From positions 9,311-73,310 of the forward strand of contig CALJHG010000004.1 in assembly GCA_938075585.1 (NCBI GenBank): a stretch of DNA of 64,000 nt, written 5' to 3'. Source of the DNA: an uncultured Gammaproteobacteria bacterium (lineage in GTDB: Bacteria > Pseudomonadota > Gammaproteobacteria > Ga0077536). Shown piece by piece: positions 10,050 through 19,985 of this stretch (the stretch's first letter is position 1; each line of letters starts with the position of its first letter). Below the pieces are notes generated by a model. The model did not search any database, was not told where the DNA came from, and saw only the letters and a list, made by a program, of their open reading frames with translations. The translations under genes were made by a program, and so were the position numbers.

Positions 10050-10589
10050 CTAGTCTATTAATTTGTTTAAGAGGTTTTGAGGCACGACCTCGACAATAAT
10101 ACTTTGTCTTACGGATCTATGGATAAAGCCCTCCGCCACCCCCTGATCAAGTAGCGTGAGAAGTGGATCGAAAAAGTTATCTATATTCAGAAGACCTATA
10201 TTCTGGCTAGCTTGACCCAGTTGCTTCCAGGCAAGGATCTCAAAAAACTCATCGTACGTTCCTATACCGCCCGGTAGGACTGCGAAACAGTCAGAGTTTT
10301 CGAGCATGAGAGATTTTCTCTCGAATATATCGCCGACCAATATATGCTGTCCAAACGTGCTAATGGTAGGCTGATTAGTAGTGAGAAACTCTGGGAGAAT
10401 TCCCAATGTCTCACAACCCTCTTTTCGAGCTGCTGCGATTAAGGTGCCCATTAAACCGAGCCCTCCCCCCCCATATATTAATTTAATACCTCTAGCGGCT
10501 ATTTCGCGGCCAATCGTATCGGTCGCGTTCTCGTAATTGGCGTTACCGCCAGAACTCGAGCCACAAAATATACAGATTGAGGTGATCAT
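10050..10589 (-). CDS. LOG-family cytokinin riboside 5'-monophosphate phosphoribohydrolase
   Basis: GGGGLGLMG and PGGIGTYDEFFE LOG/TIGR00730 motifs. Confidence 0.85.
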   Translation of the reverse strand: MITSICIFCGSSSGGNANYENATDTIGREIAARGIKLIYGGGGLGLMGTLIAAARKEGCETLGILPEFLTTNQPTISTFGQHILVGDIFERKSLMLENSDCFAVLPGGIGTYDEFFEILAWKQLGQASQNIGLLNIDNFFDPLLTLLDQGVAEGFIHRSVRQSIIVEVVPQNLLNKLID

Positions 10590-10613
10590 AAGTATTAATC
10601 TCGCTAGCGGAGG

Positions 10614-11255
10614 CTAGTAGGCCACCCAAATTAAGTTACTACCCTTAACTACCCACTGATCATCCATTAACCTAAGCGCTATAAACCTTCCACTGCTACA
10701 TTCTATTCCACATAGATGTTCAACATAGACTAGCGCATTTGTAATTTTGTAGTTATACCCTACCCTTGAAAATCTAAGTAAATCGCGCGCGCCGTCATAT
10801 GTGTCTGCGAACTCACGCCAGGCAGTTTTTACATCTGGCTGATCGAATATCACTTCCTGTTTTTTTTTGGGTAAAAGAACATATGGAACAGTTAGGTTTA
10901 GAACGGAGTTAAAATTGATTTTCGTACGATTGCGCTTTCCCCAGTCGATATAAGTCTCTTTTTCGATGTCGAGTACCTCTATAATTTTTTCAATCTCATT
11001 ATTTGGGCCAAGTTCTGAAATTAATCCTGAGGTTTTTTCTGCTATAACTACTATTTCTGTATGAGAGTCCAATCCATGATTGATAACAGAGGAATAAATT
11101 TCACTATCAGGCCAGTCCTCGAAGACAGGAGCAGAAAAAACAACCTCAGATATGGTCATAGCTATTGCTATACTGGCTGGTACTATTTTAGATTTTAAAT
11201 TTGGAATGATTAGTTTCCTTGATATGTCGACTGAGTAAATAATATTACACAACAA
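10614..11255 (-). CDS. hypothetical protein
   Basis: 213-aa ORF with no motif I recognise. Confidence 0.35.
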   Translation of the reverse strand: MLCNIIYSVDISRKLIIPNLKSKIVPASIAIAMTISEVVFSAPVFEDWPDSEIYSSVINHGLDSHTEIVVIAEKTSGLISELGPNNEIEKIIEVLDIEKETYIDWGKRNRTKINFNSVLNLTVPYVLLPKKKQEVIFDQPDVKTAWREFADTYDGARDLLRFSRVGYNYKITNALVYVEHLCGIECSSGRFIALRLMDDQWVVKGSNLIWVAY

Positions 11256-11393
11256 GACTTTTACAACTATAGGGACTCATATAGGGACTCAAACAATTTT
11301 ATGGCTTACTGTAATTATTATTCATGGTTGTATTGAATCGAGCTGCCAGTTTCAGATATTCTTGCTGAATATTTATATCTGAGAACATGTTAT

Positions 11394-12269
11394 ATGCTTT
11401 CGCCTCGATATTTTGTAACCAGTTTGTTGATTAGTTTATGGTGCTCAGTCGTCGCAGGGCAACAAAGCTTTGAGATGGTAGCAAGAAATCTTCACACCGC
11501 TATTTCGAAAGGTCCCACTGATCTGTTAAGTTTGAAGTATCCTCAAATTGGTATGGACGAGGCAGATGGGATACAGGACGCGCTCGTTCAGATCGAGCTA
11601 AAATCAAGAGAGATCGGAGGATATAAAGCCGGCTTTACTGGCTCAGATGCTCAGAAAAAGTGGGGTGTTTCGGATCCAGTATCAGCAGTACTTTTTGCAG
11701 ATGGGGAATTTCGGGGTTCGCCGGTCATAGACATGGCTGGGTACCAGAAACTTTTCATAGAGATGGAAATCGGTTTTGTACTTGCTAAAGAGATAACTCA
11801 ACCTATAGCATCCCTAAGGGACTTAATGGGGTATATCCAGTATGTGGTGCCGGTAATAGAGTTACCTGACTTGCCTTTTAGATCGTTGAAGTCTCTGACA
11901 GCTGCTGATTTGGTTGCTGTAAACATGGCTTCAAAAAATTGGTTAGTTGGACAACCTATCAATACTGAAATGCTTGCTGGCCAAGTTAGAGCGAAGTTAT
12001 ACCAGGATGGCGAACTTATTGATTCAGGTACTGTTTCAAGTCAAAGTAGGCTAGAAGCATTGTTATGGCTAGTGAATGAGAGATTAAAAAGGGGCTGGCC
12101 ACTTCAATCTGGGAATACACTTATCACTGGTGTGATGGGGAAAATCAACCCTGCTAAGCAGGCTTGCTATGTTGCCGACTACGGTGATTTAGTGCAGTCG
12201 ATTTCGTTTGAGATCGTTCATTTTGAAAAAAATAAAGTTAACGGAGTTTCATGTCACGCCGCGCAATAG
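11394..12269 (+). CDS. 2-keto-4-pentenoate hydratase-like (MhpD/HpcG FAH-fold) protein with an N-terminal signal peptide
   Basis: N-terminal hydrophobic signal (LLISLWCSVVAG). GYKAGFTGSDAQKKWGVSDPVSAVL resembles the hydratase/decarboxylase family. Confidence 0.4.
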   Translation: MLSPRYFVTSLLISLWCSVVAGQQSFEMVARNLHTAISKGPTDLLSLKYPQIGMDEADGIQDALVQIELKSREIGGYKAGFTGSDAQKKWGVSDPVSAVLFADGEFRGSPVIDMAGYQKLFIEMEIGFVLAKEITQPIASLRDLMGYIQYVVPVIELPDLPFRSLKSLTAADLVAVNMASKNWLVGQPINTEMLAGQVRAKLYQDGELIDSGTVSSQSRLEALLWLVNERLKRGWPLQSGNTLITGVMGKINPAKQACYVADYGDLVQSISFEIVHFEKNKVNGVSCHAAQ

Positions 12270-13041
12270 CGGCCATCTCTTCTATCGATACAGTGGTTGT
12301 GTCAATGAATGGTATTTGTTCTTCTATGAACAGTTTTTCTGCTCTCGCTATTTCCCACTGGCATCTTGATAGTGTGGAGTACTCTCCCTTAGGACGTCTT
12401 TCTCTCCGTATGCGACTGAGCTGTTCAGCCTCAATAGTTAAACCGTAAAGTTTACCACGGCATGAATCTAAACTTTTTGGCAAGGTTGAGCCCATTAAAT
12501 CGTCTTGGATCAACGGATAATTTGCGGCTTTTAAAGAATATTGCATTGCGAGGTATAGGCAGGTCGGCGTTTTCCCACATCTTGAGACACCGATTAGTAC
12601 GATATCGGCATCATGAAGATTCCTGAGGCTTAAACCGTCGTCATGGCCTAGGGTGAAGTTTAGAGCGTGCACTCGTTTATCATAAGCATTAGTGTCTCCG
12701 ATACCGTGCATTCGCCCCGCCTTGTGCGACGATTCAGTTTGTAGAGCCTCCTCCAGCGGCTCAACGAAAGTTCCAAATAAATCAAAAACATGAGCGCAAC
12801 TGTCTCTAATGATGGTTTGGGTAGTCATGTCAGTCAGTGTACTGAAGACAATTGGCTCAACCCCATTTTTTTTCGATTGGCGTATTGCCAGTACCGCCGC
12901 CTGAGCGGCCTTTTCGTTAGTCACAAAAGGTATATTAGTTCGGTTAAATTGGATACTTGGGAACTGGGTCAGCAGGCTGTCGCCCAAATTTTCGGCAGTT
13001 ATGCCGGTTCTGTCGGAAATAAAAAATACGTCTCTTTTCAT
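12238..13041 (-). CDS. ppsR: phosphoenolpyruvate synthase regulatory protein (bifunctional kinase/pyrophosphorylase, DUF299)
   Basis: VFFISDRTGITAENLG at the N-terminus, the GVSRCGKTPTCLYLA P-loop, and a divergent position next to ppsA. Confidence 0.9.
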   Translation of the reverse strand: MKRDVFFISDRTGITAENLGDSLLTQFPSIQFNRTNIPFVTNEKAAQAAVLAIRQSKKNGVEPIVFSTLTDMTTQTIIRDSCAHVFDLFGTFVEPLEEALQTESSHKAGRMHGIGDTNAYDKRVHALNFTLGHDDGLSLRNLHDADIVLIGVSRCGKTPTCLYLAMQYSLKAANYPLIQDDLMGSTLPKSLDSCRGKLYGLTIEAEQLSRIRRERRPKGEYSTLSRCQWEIARAEKLFIEEQIPFIDTTTVSIEEMAAIARRDMKLR

Positions 13042-13151
13042 TGAGTTTGGGCTTTGGGTTTACTTGGTTACAATGTAGTTAAATAATACACAAATTGATG
13101 TAGGTTTGCTTTCGATAAAAGCACAAAGTGATTAAGGATAATAAAATACTC

Positions 13152-15527
13152 ATGAAAGAATATATTGTGTCTCTTAAAAATGTAGGGATGAGAGATGTCG
13201 AGCGTGTGGGAGGGAAAAATGCCTCACTTGGCGAAATGATTCAGCACCTTGATGCCGCAGGAGTTCTGGTCCCAAGTGGTTTTGCTACTACCGCCGAGGC
13301 TTTTAGAGATTTTCTTGCTGAAGACGGATTGGCGGATAAAATTCGAGCTCTTTTGGAATCGTTAGATGTAAACGACGTAGCTAAGTTATCAGCGGTCGGA
13401 AAAACTATCAGAGACGCTATTATTGCCGCGCCGTTTTCTCCTGAGTTGCACAGCCAGATTGAACGCGCTGTTTTGGAAATGGAAAATGAAAATAATGGTA
13501 GTGAATTTTCTGTAGCGGTCAGATCGTCAGCGACGGCGGAAGATCTCCCTACCGCGTCTTTTGCCGGGCAACAAGAGACTTATCTCAATGTTAGTGGGTT
13601 AAAGGAAATAGTGAGACGAATAAAAGATGTTTACGCATCTCTGTTTAACGATCGGGCTATTTCCTATCGCGTACATCATGGTTTTGCTCATCACGAGGTA
13701 GCTCTTTCAGCGGGCGTACAAAAAATGGTTAGGAGCGATATAGGCTCCAGCGGTGTGATGTTTTCCTTGGATACGGAATCTGGGTTTGAGGATGTCGTTT
13801 TCGTGACGTCTAGTTATGGTTTAGGTGAAATGGTTGTTCAAGGAGCGGTTAATCCTGATGAGTTTTATGTTTACAAAAGAGGAATTATTGAAGGGAAAAG
13901 ATCTGTTCTTCGGAGTACTCTTGGTAGCAAGCAACTACAGATGACTTATGCCGAAAACGGATCTGGTGGAGAAGAAGTAATCACGAGTAAGGTAAGCGAA
14001 GCATTGCAGGCAGAATTTAGTTTAGAGGAACACGAAGTCGAAAAACTTGCGCATTTAGCCATGGAAATAGAGAAGCATTATGGGAGGCCGATGGATATCG
14101 AGTGGGCGAAGGATGGAAGAGACGGACAACTCTATATAGTTCAAGCTCGTCCTGAGACGGTGCAAAGCAGATCTGGTCGAGTTATGGATAGATATGAACT
14201 GAAAGGGACCGGACCTGTTTTAACTGAAGGGCGCAGTATTGGTCAGAAAATAGGCTGTGGTTCGGCTCGAGTGATTCTTAGTGTGGAGGACATGAATACC
14301 TTACAGGATGGTGAAGTGTTAATTACTGACATGACTGACCCCGATTGGGAGCCTGTTATGAAGCGGGCCGCGGCTATTGTGACGAATCGAGGTGGGCGCA
14401 CCTGTCATGCCGCCATTATAGCCAGAGAACTAGGTGTTCCAGCTATTGTTGGATGTAGTAACGCGACGGAGGTCGTTAAAACCGGCCAGATAGTTACCGC
14501 ATCTTGCTCGGAGGGGGATACTGGCGTCGTATATCAAGGAGATATAGATTTCACTCATACCGAGATTGAACTTGATTCCATGCCTGAAATTTCTACAAAG
14601 ATCATGATGAATGTTGCTAATCCAGACCGAGCCTTTACTTTTGCTGCCCTACCGAATAAGGGTGTTGGACTCGCCAGACTGGAATTTATTATTAATCGGA
14701 TGATTGGCATTCATCCAAAAGCATTACTGGAGTTTGACAGCATCCCTGAGGAGTTGCGCGCTACGATTCTACCGGCGATAAAAGCCTATGGCACTCCTAG
14801 GGAATATTTTGTTAAGCGGCTAATAGAAGGCGTGGCAACTATCGGCGCTTCTTTCGCCCCTGAACCGGTTATCGTGCGTTTGTCCGACTTTAAATCGAAC
14901 GAATATGCCAATTTGATTGGAGGACATCTTTACGAGCCCGAGGAAGAAAATCCTATGATTGGATTTCGCGGCGCATCGCGCTATATATCGGATTCATTTC
15001 GAGAATGTTTCGAGATGGAGTGCGAGGCGATGAAGTACGTGCGAGATAAAATGGGTTTGAGAAATGTAGAAGTTATGGTTCCATTTGTTCGAACCATTGA
15101 TGAGGCTAGACAGGTCACAGCATTGCTCGCAGAGAACGGTTTGGCTCGTGGTGTGGACGGATTGCGCGTAATTATGATGTGTGAATTGCCTTCAAATGCC
15201 ATTTTGGCCGAGGAATTTTTGGAATACTTTGATGGTTTTTCTATAGGCTCTAATGATCTTACTCAGCTTACATTAGGATTAGACCGAGACTCTGCATTAG
15301 TTGCGGATTGTTTTGACGAGAGAAATGAAGCGGTCAAATATTTAATTAAACGGGCTATTGATGCCTGCAAAAAGGCTGGAAAATATGTCGGCATTTGCGG
15401 TCAGGGCCCGTCGGATCATCCAGATTTGGCAGAATGGCTAGTCGAGCAAGGGATAGAGAGCATGTCCTTGAATCCAGATACTGTAGTTGAGACTTGGTTA
15501 AACTTGTCTGACAAAACACAGAATTGA
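13152..15527 (+). CDS. ppsA: phosphoenolpyruvate synthase
   Basis: [17 protein letters not shown] at the N-terminus and the phospho-His region [21 protein letters not shown]. The ORF track begins at a GTG at 13128. The ATG at 13152 matches the E. coli N-terminal spacing better. Confidence 0.9.
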   Translation: MKEYIVSLKNVGMRDVERVGGKNASLGEMIQHLDAAGVLVPSGFATTAEAFRDFLAEDGLADKIRALLESLDVNDVAKLSAVGKTIRDAIIAAPFSPELHSQIERAVLEMENENNGSEFSVAVRSSATAEDLPTASFAGQQETYLNVSGLKEIVRRIKDVYASLFNDRAISYRVHHGFAHHEVALSAGVQKMVRSDIGSSGVMFSLDTESGFEDVVFVTSSYGLGEMVVQGAVNPDEFYVYKRGIIEGKRSVLRSTLGSKQLQMTYAENGSGGEEVITSKVSEALQAEFSLEEHEVEKLAHLAMEIEKHYGRPMDIEWAKDGRDGQLYIVQARPETVQSRSGRVMDRYELKGTGPVLTEGRSIGQKIGCGSARVILSVEDMNTLQDGEVLITDMTDPDWEPVMKRAAAIVTNRGGRTCHAAIIARELGVPAIVGCSNATEVVKTGQIVTASCSEGDTGVVYQGDIDFTHTEIELDSMPEISTKIMMNVANPDRAFTFAALPNKGVGLARLEFIINRMIGIHPKALLEFDSIPEELRATILPAIKAYGTPREYFVKRLIEGVATIGASFAPEPVIVRLSDFKSNEYANLIGGHLYEPEEENPMIGFRGASRYISDSFRECFEMECEAMKYVRDKMGLRNVEVMVPFVRTIDEARQVTALLAENGLARGVDGLRVIMMCELPSNAILAEEFLEYFDGFSIGSNDLTQLTLGLDRDSALVADCFDERNEAVKYLIKRAIDACKKAGKYVGICGQGPSDHPDLAEWLVEQGIESMSLNPDTVVETWLNLSDKTQN

Positions 15528-15548
15528 TGGGTCAACCTCTGCAAAATT

Positions 15549-16400
15549 TCATTGCAGCCCCTCAAAAAGCATGGAGAAGTCTGTGGCCCGAATATCTTTT
15601 GTTAGTGCGCCGACAGAAATATAATCAACTCCCAATGATTTAAGAGCAGCCAAATCATTTAACGTGATCCCTCCTGAGAGCTCTATTAATGCTTTTTTGT
15701 CTACTAATTTCACCGCTTCCTTTATTTGAGGGACGCTAAAATTATCTAGGAGTACCATGTCAACATTGTTATCTAAGGCCTCTTTTAGCTCACGAATCGA
15801 TTCCACCTCAACTTCAATTTTGATAGCTTGGTTAGAAATCCTAATAGTTTGAACCGCATTTGAGATCGACCCGCTGGCCGCAATATGATTTTCTTTTATT
15901 AAGATGGCATCATAAAGGCCTAAACGATGATTGTGCCCGCCACCGCACCGAACTGCATACTTTTGCGCTAGTCTAAGGCCCGGAATAGTTTTTCGTGTAT
16001 CCAGTATTTTTGTATTCGAACCAATCATCGCAGATGAAAAATTATACGTGGCCGTTGCCGTTGCCGATAAGGTTTGTAGGAAGTTAAGTGCTGTCCTCTC
16101 GCCTGTTAATATACTTGCCGCCGGCCCTATTAATTCACAGACTATTTGATTCTTCGTTATAGCATCCCCATCTTTTGCATGCCAGATGATATTAATGTTT
16201 CGGTCCAATGAGTCGTAAACTTCATCAAACCAAGGGCTGCCTGAGAGTACGGCTTCGTGCCGCACTAAGACTTGTGCATTTGCTCGCTTACCCTTGGGTA
16301 TAAGCGCCGCGGTGATGTCTCCAGAACCTATATCTTCTGCTATGGCATATTTGACGGTTTGTTTTAGTTCTTGTTTTAAGGACTCGCTTAAGTTTTTCAT
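15549..16400 (-). CDS. nadC: nicotinate-nucleotide pyrophosphorylase (quinolinate phosphoribosyltransferase)
   Basis: 283 aa. Typical NadC C-terminus (LLDNFS...IELSGGI) and the conserved RKTIPGLR. Confidence 0.9.
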   Translation of the reverse strand: MKNLSESLKQELKQTVKYAIAEDIGSGDITAALIPKGKRANAQVLVRHEAVLSGSPWFDEVYDSLDRNINIIWHAKDGDAITKNQIVCELIGPAASILTGERTALNFLQTLSATATATYNFSSAMIGSNTKILDTRKTIPGLRLAQKYAVRCGGGHNHRLGLYDAILIKENHIAASGSISNAVQTIRISNQAIKIEVEVESIRELKEALDNNVDMVLLDNFSVPQIKEAVKLVDKKALIELSGGITLNDLAALKSLGVDYISVGALTKDIRATDFSMLFEGLQ

Positions 16401-16418
16401 GTAATAGTTTTAATTCTT

Positions 16419-17759
16419 TTAAGAAGCTTTAGTGAGTTTAAATACTATCGGGGACAAAAGTAATAATGCTATGAGATTTGGAAGAGCCATAAGTCCGTTA
16501 AAAATATCTGCGATAGCCCAAATTATTTCCAGTTTTACCATGGCACCAATCAATATTGCTATGATCCAAAGGGTTCGGTAGGTGAAAATAATACGACTAC
16601 CAAACAAATACTCCGCACAGCGCTCCCCATAATAACTCCAGCCGATTATTGTTGTGAAGGCAAAGACCGCGAGACATACGCTGATTAATAGGCCACCAAG
16701 CGGGCCTATGCCAGTCGTAAAGGCAAGAGCGCTAAGCGACGCCCCCTGCTCGGCGCTATCCCATGTTCCTGTCATTATTATCACGAACGCTGTTAAAGAG
16801 CAGACGCAGATGGTATCTATAAAAGTCCCTAACATGGCTATTTTACCTTGTTTTGTCGGATTGTTAGTACTTGCCGCAGCGTGAGCGATAGCAGCGCTAC
16901 CCAGACCTGCCTCGTTCGAAAAGATTCCTCTTGCGAATCCCCAGCGCATCGCTAGCCATATGGATACACCCATACCTGACTCTGTCTCAAAAGCGCTCTC
17001 GATAATTAGGCGTATCGCTCCAGGCAGTGCGGTTATATTACTTACGATAATAAAAATTGAAAAAGAAATAAAAACTAAAGCCATCAGGGGTACCACCATG
17101 CCTGCGAAGGTCGCGATTCTTTTTATACCGCCAATGATTACGATCCCAGTGAGTGTTGCTATAAACAGACCCGTCAACCATTTATCTATTGCAAAGCTCG
17201 AATGCATGACATCTGCTACGGAGTTGGATTGCACCGTATTTCCTATTCCAAAGGCGGCTATCATCCCAAAAAAAGCAAATAATATTGCCAGCCAATGCCA
17301 CTCTGGTCCTAGTCCTTTTTGAATATAATACATGGGACCGCCCATATATCGTCCTGCACTGTTAATCTCTCTGTAGTGGACGGCTAATACCGCTTCTGCA
17401 TATTTGGTTGCCATACCAAATAGTGCAATAACCCACATCCAAAAGACTGCACCAGGCCCACCGAAATGAATCGCGGTCGCTACTCCGGCAATATTTCCGG
17501 TCCCAATTGTTGCAGAGAGTGCGGTCATTAGAGCGTTAAATGGTGAAATATCACCGTTTTGTCCACCAGTTTTCTCTCTACTTTTCGCTAGAAGTCTAAA
17601 ACTTGAACGCAACTGCAACCAAGGCATGAACTTCAGGCCAACCGAAAGGTAAACTGCAACGATCGCGAGTAATGGAATTAGGAGGTATTCGCCCCAAACT
17701 AGGTGACTTATTTTAGTTAGTACACTTTCAGCGATTGAACTGAAACTAACAGTTTCCAC
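16419..17759 (-). CDS. alanine/glycine:cation symporter (AGCS family)
   Basis: 446-aa polytopic membrane protein. GDISPFNALMTALSATIGTGNIAG is the AGCS family signature region. Confidence 0.85.
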   Translation of the reverse strand: METVSFSSIAESVLTKISHLVWGEYLLIPLLAIVAVYLSVGLKFMPWLQLRSSFRLLAKSREKTGGQNGDISPFNALMTALSATIGTGNIAGVATAIHFGGPGAVFWMWVIALFGMATKYAEAVLAVHYREINSAGRYMGGPMYYIQKGLGPEWHWLAILFAFFGMIAAFGIGNTVQSNSVADVMHSSFAIDKWLTGLFIATLTGIVIIGGIKRIATFAGMVVPLMALVFISFSIFIIVSNITALPGAIRLIIESAFETESGMGVSIWLAMRWGFARGIFSNEAGLGSAAIAHAAASTNNPTKQGKIAMLGTFIDTICVCSLTAFVIIMTGTWDSAEQGASLSALAFTTGIGPLGGLLISVCLAVFAFTTIIGWSYYGERCAEYLFGSRIIFTYRTLWIIAILIGAMVKLEIIWAIADIFNGLMALPNLIALLLLSPIVFKLTKAS

Positions 17760-18346
17760 TATAATATTTTCCCATGTTGTTTTTTTATTATAAGTTCATT
17801 GCCGGTTTGCGCGAATGTTAGGCGCTCTAGGAAGCTCATGCCGAGTAGAGCATGCATGTCACCCAATGAAGGCACTATTACCGCTCGGACATCATGTTCC
17901 TCTATTTGCCCTAATTGTAGACTTATTATATTTGCTGACCAGCCTTTTGTTTGGCCGTTAGCTGTCATGATAGTGACCTTTCTTTTTTTCTTTATACCCG
18001 CTTTTATCGCAAGTTTTTCAGAAACGACTACATCAGTGGCGCCAGTATCCACCAAAAACTGGACTAATTGGCCGTTTATTTTCCCCCTCGCTATGTAGTG
18101 GCCGGAGCGACTTTTCAAGAGACGAACTCCAATGTCTCCAGTTTTAGTTTCAAATGCACTCGTCTCGTGGAACGTGTTTTTTTTGTGAGTAGAATACTGC
18201 GAAAATAACCAAGTTAGCATACCTAACAATAGTGCGAAGGCCGCTAGGTACATTATAAATCCGAACCGTTGTGTCGACATAGTGTGATTATAAAACGAAT
18301 TGACGCCAGCATGTTTTTTTTGTTCGTCAAATGTTAGTCTAAACAA
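17759..18346 (-). CDS. retropepsin-like aspartic protease, membrane-anchored (TIGR02281 type)
   Basis: N-terminal transmembrane helix followed by FLVDTGATDVVVS (D-T/S-G-A catalytic motif). Overlaps the symporter stop by 1 nt. Confidence 0.75.
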   Translation of the reverse strand: MFRLTFDEQKKHAGVNSFYNHTMSTQRFGFIMYLAAFALLLGMLTWLFSQYSTHKKNTFHETSAFETKTGDIGVRLLKSRSGHYIARGKINGQLVQFLVDTGATDVVVSEKLAIKAGIKKKRKVTIMTANGQTKGWSANIISLQLGQIEEHDVRAVIVPSLGDMHALLGMSFLERLTFAQTGNELIIKKQHGKIL

Positions 18347-18413
18347 CGCCTGTGAGAATGATTTCTAAACTAAGTGGCTATATTCCCAGTGATATAATAA
18401 AAGGTCTTAAAGA

Positions 18414-19400
18414 GTGAGTAATATCTCGAACGAAAAAACTAAAAACACAGAGTTCGAACCAACTCGAGCGATACGCAGTCTGACGGAAGATGTGGAAAAC
18501 AGTATGTTAGACGCGCCTCGGTCTCTACCAGCGAAGTATTTTTATGATGAGCGAGGCTCATTGTTATTCGATAAAATATGCGACTCTCCAGAGTACTATC
18601 CTACTCGTATAGAAAGCGCCCTTTTAAAGGAGGTCGCTAAAGATGTGATAAACACATCTCGTCCTGACCATATTTTGGAGTTAGGAAGCGGCACCTCGAG
18701 GAAGACGAGACACCTTTTCGACGCTTGCTCTTTATCCCAGTGCTTTCCAGAATATATCGCGGTCGACGTTTGTGACGAAATACTAGTTGAAAGCAAAAAC
18801 GCTTTGGAAAAAGAATATGGATGGTTGAAAGTAAATACAGTAGTTGGAGATTACACGGGTGGGTTGGGAAACCTGCCTAGGAGTCACGCTAAAAATTTAT
18901 TCGTGTTTCTGGGCGGGACTATCGGTAATTTTAGTCCCAAAGAGGCGAATATATTTTTGTCCGAGATTAAAGAGGTTATGACTCCGCAGGATTTACTATT
19001 AATCGGTGCTGACAGAGTGAAAGAGCCGGATATATTGCATGCTGCCTATAACGATGATGAGGGAATTACGGCTGAGTTTAATCTAAATTTGTTAGAAGTA
19101 CTAAATCGAGAACTCGATGCTGATTTTAATGTCTCTAAGTTTGAGCACTATGCATATTACAATCCTTTACTATCGCAGATTGAAATGCATCTCGTGTCCA
19201 TGCGCGAACAGAAGATTCGAATGAAGAATCTCGATAAAGAGGTGCATTTTTTAGAGGGAGATCATATTCTTACCGAGATAAGCCGAAAGTTCACCAGAGC
19301 TGAACTTGAAAATCTTCTGATTAATGCCGGTTTTGAAATTGAAAAGCATTACGAGGCAGAAGAGATGAAATTTTCGCTTGTCCTAGCTACTACTGACTAG
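18414..19400 (+). CDS. EgtD-family SAM-dependent N-methyltransferase (histidine/aromatic amino-acid betaine synthase-like)
   Basis: Strong EgtD-specific motifs: KYFYDERGSLLFDKICDSPEYYPTRIE, ELGSGTSRKTRHL, FLGGTIGNF, AYNDDEGITAEFNLNLL, and FEHYAYYNP...IEMHLVS. Confidence 0.8.
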   Translation: MSNISNEKTKNTEFEPTRAIRSLTEDVENSMLDAPRSLPAKYFYDERGSLLFDKICDSPEYYPTRIESALLKEVAKDVINTSRPDHILELGSGTSRKTRHLFDACSLSQCFPEYIAVDVCDEILVESKNALEKEYGWLKVNTVVGDYTGGLGNLPRSHAKNLFVFLGGTIGNFSPKEANIFLSEIKEVMTPQDLLLIGADRVKEPDILHAAYNDDEGITAEFNLNLLEVLNRELDADFNVSKFEHYAYYNPLLSQIEMHLVSMREQKIRMKNLDKEVHFLEGDHILTEISRKFTRAELENLLINAGFEIEKHYEAEEMKFSLVLATTD

Positions 19401-19421
19401 GCTGCTAAAGGGCTTTCGCAA

Positions 19422-19985
19422 GTGACTACGCTTAGATTACCCTGCGATGGATGGTTGGATGGGATACCTAGAATCAAGTCGCCAAATTTTGATGCCAGAC
19501 CAGTTGGAGCATTTCCAGAACTAATAGTTATTCATGCGATCAGCCTGCCGGAAGGTAAATTTGGCACAAATCTTGTGGAGCATCTTTTTACTAATAAATT
19601 ACCCAATGATTTAGATCCGAATATTAGTGAGCTACGAGGGACGAGAGTGTCCGCACATTTCTTTATAGATAGGTCGGGACATGTAACTCAATTCGTCTCT
19701 GTAATCTGTCGCGCGTGGCATGCGGGTGTGTCCATATGGGAGGGGAGAGCTGCTTGTAATGACTTCTCGATCGGGATTGAATTAGAAGGTTGTGATTATT
19801 TACCTTTTGATGGGAAACAGTACTCCGCGTTAGCACTTTTGATTAATAATTTAGTAGCCCATATACCTACCTGCAGTTGGGATTCTGTGGTGGGCCATAG
19901 CGATATAGCGCCGTCTCGGAAAACTGATCCTGGTCCATTTTTCAATTGGGGAATGTTGCAGAAGGAACGTGTCCGCTTATCTTAA
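19422..19985 (+). CDS. ampD: 1,6-anhydro-N-acetylmuramyl-L-alanine amidase
   Basis: VIHAISLP, HFFIDRSGHVTQFV, and RAWHAGVS.WEGR...NDFSIGIELEG AmpD motifs. Confidence 0.85.
   Translation: MTTLRLPCDGWLDGIPRIKSPNFDARPVGAFPELIVIHAISLPEGKFGTNLVEHLFTNKLPNDLDPNISELRGTRVSAHFFIDRSGHVTQFVSVICRAWHAGVSIWEGRAACNDFSIGIELEGCDYLPFDGKQYSALALLINNLVAHIPTCSWDSVVGHSDIAPSRKTDPGPFFNWGMLQKERVRLS

Noticed and set aside
10587-10616. In-frame stop between hypothetical 10614..11255 and the LOG gene 10050..10589.
   Set aside because: The stop is TAG, and the two products are unrelated domains. No recoding is suggested.
13128-13151. Upstream GTG start for ppsA (ORF track 13128).
   Set aside because: The ATG at 13152 gives an N-terminus whose spacing to the [17 protein letters not shown] block matches E. 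coli PpsA. The upstream GTG would add 8 non-conserved residues. The alternative start is kept in the evidence.
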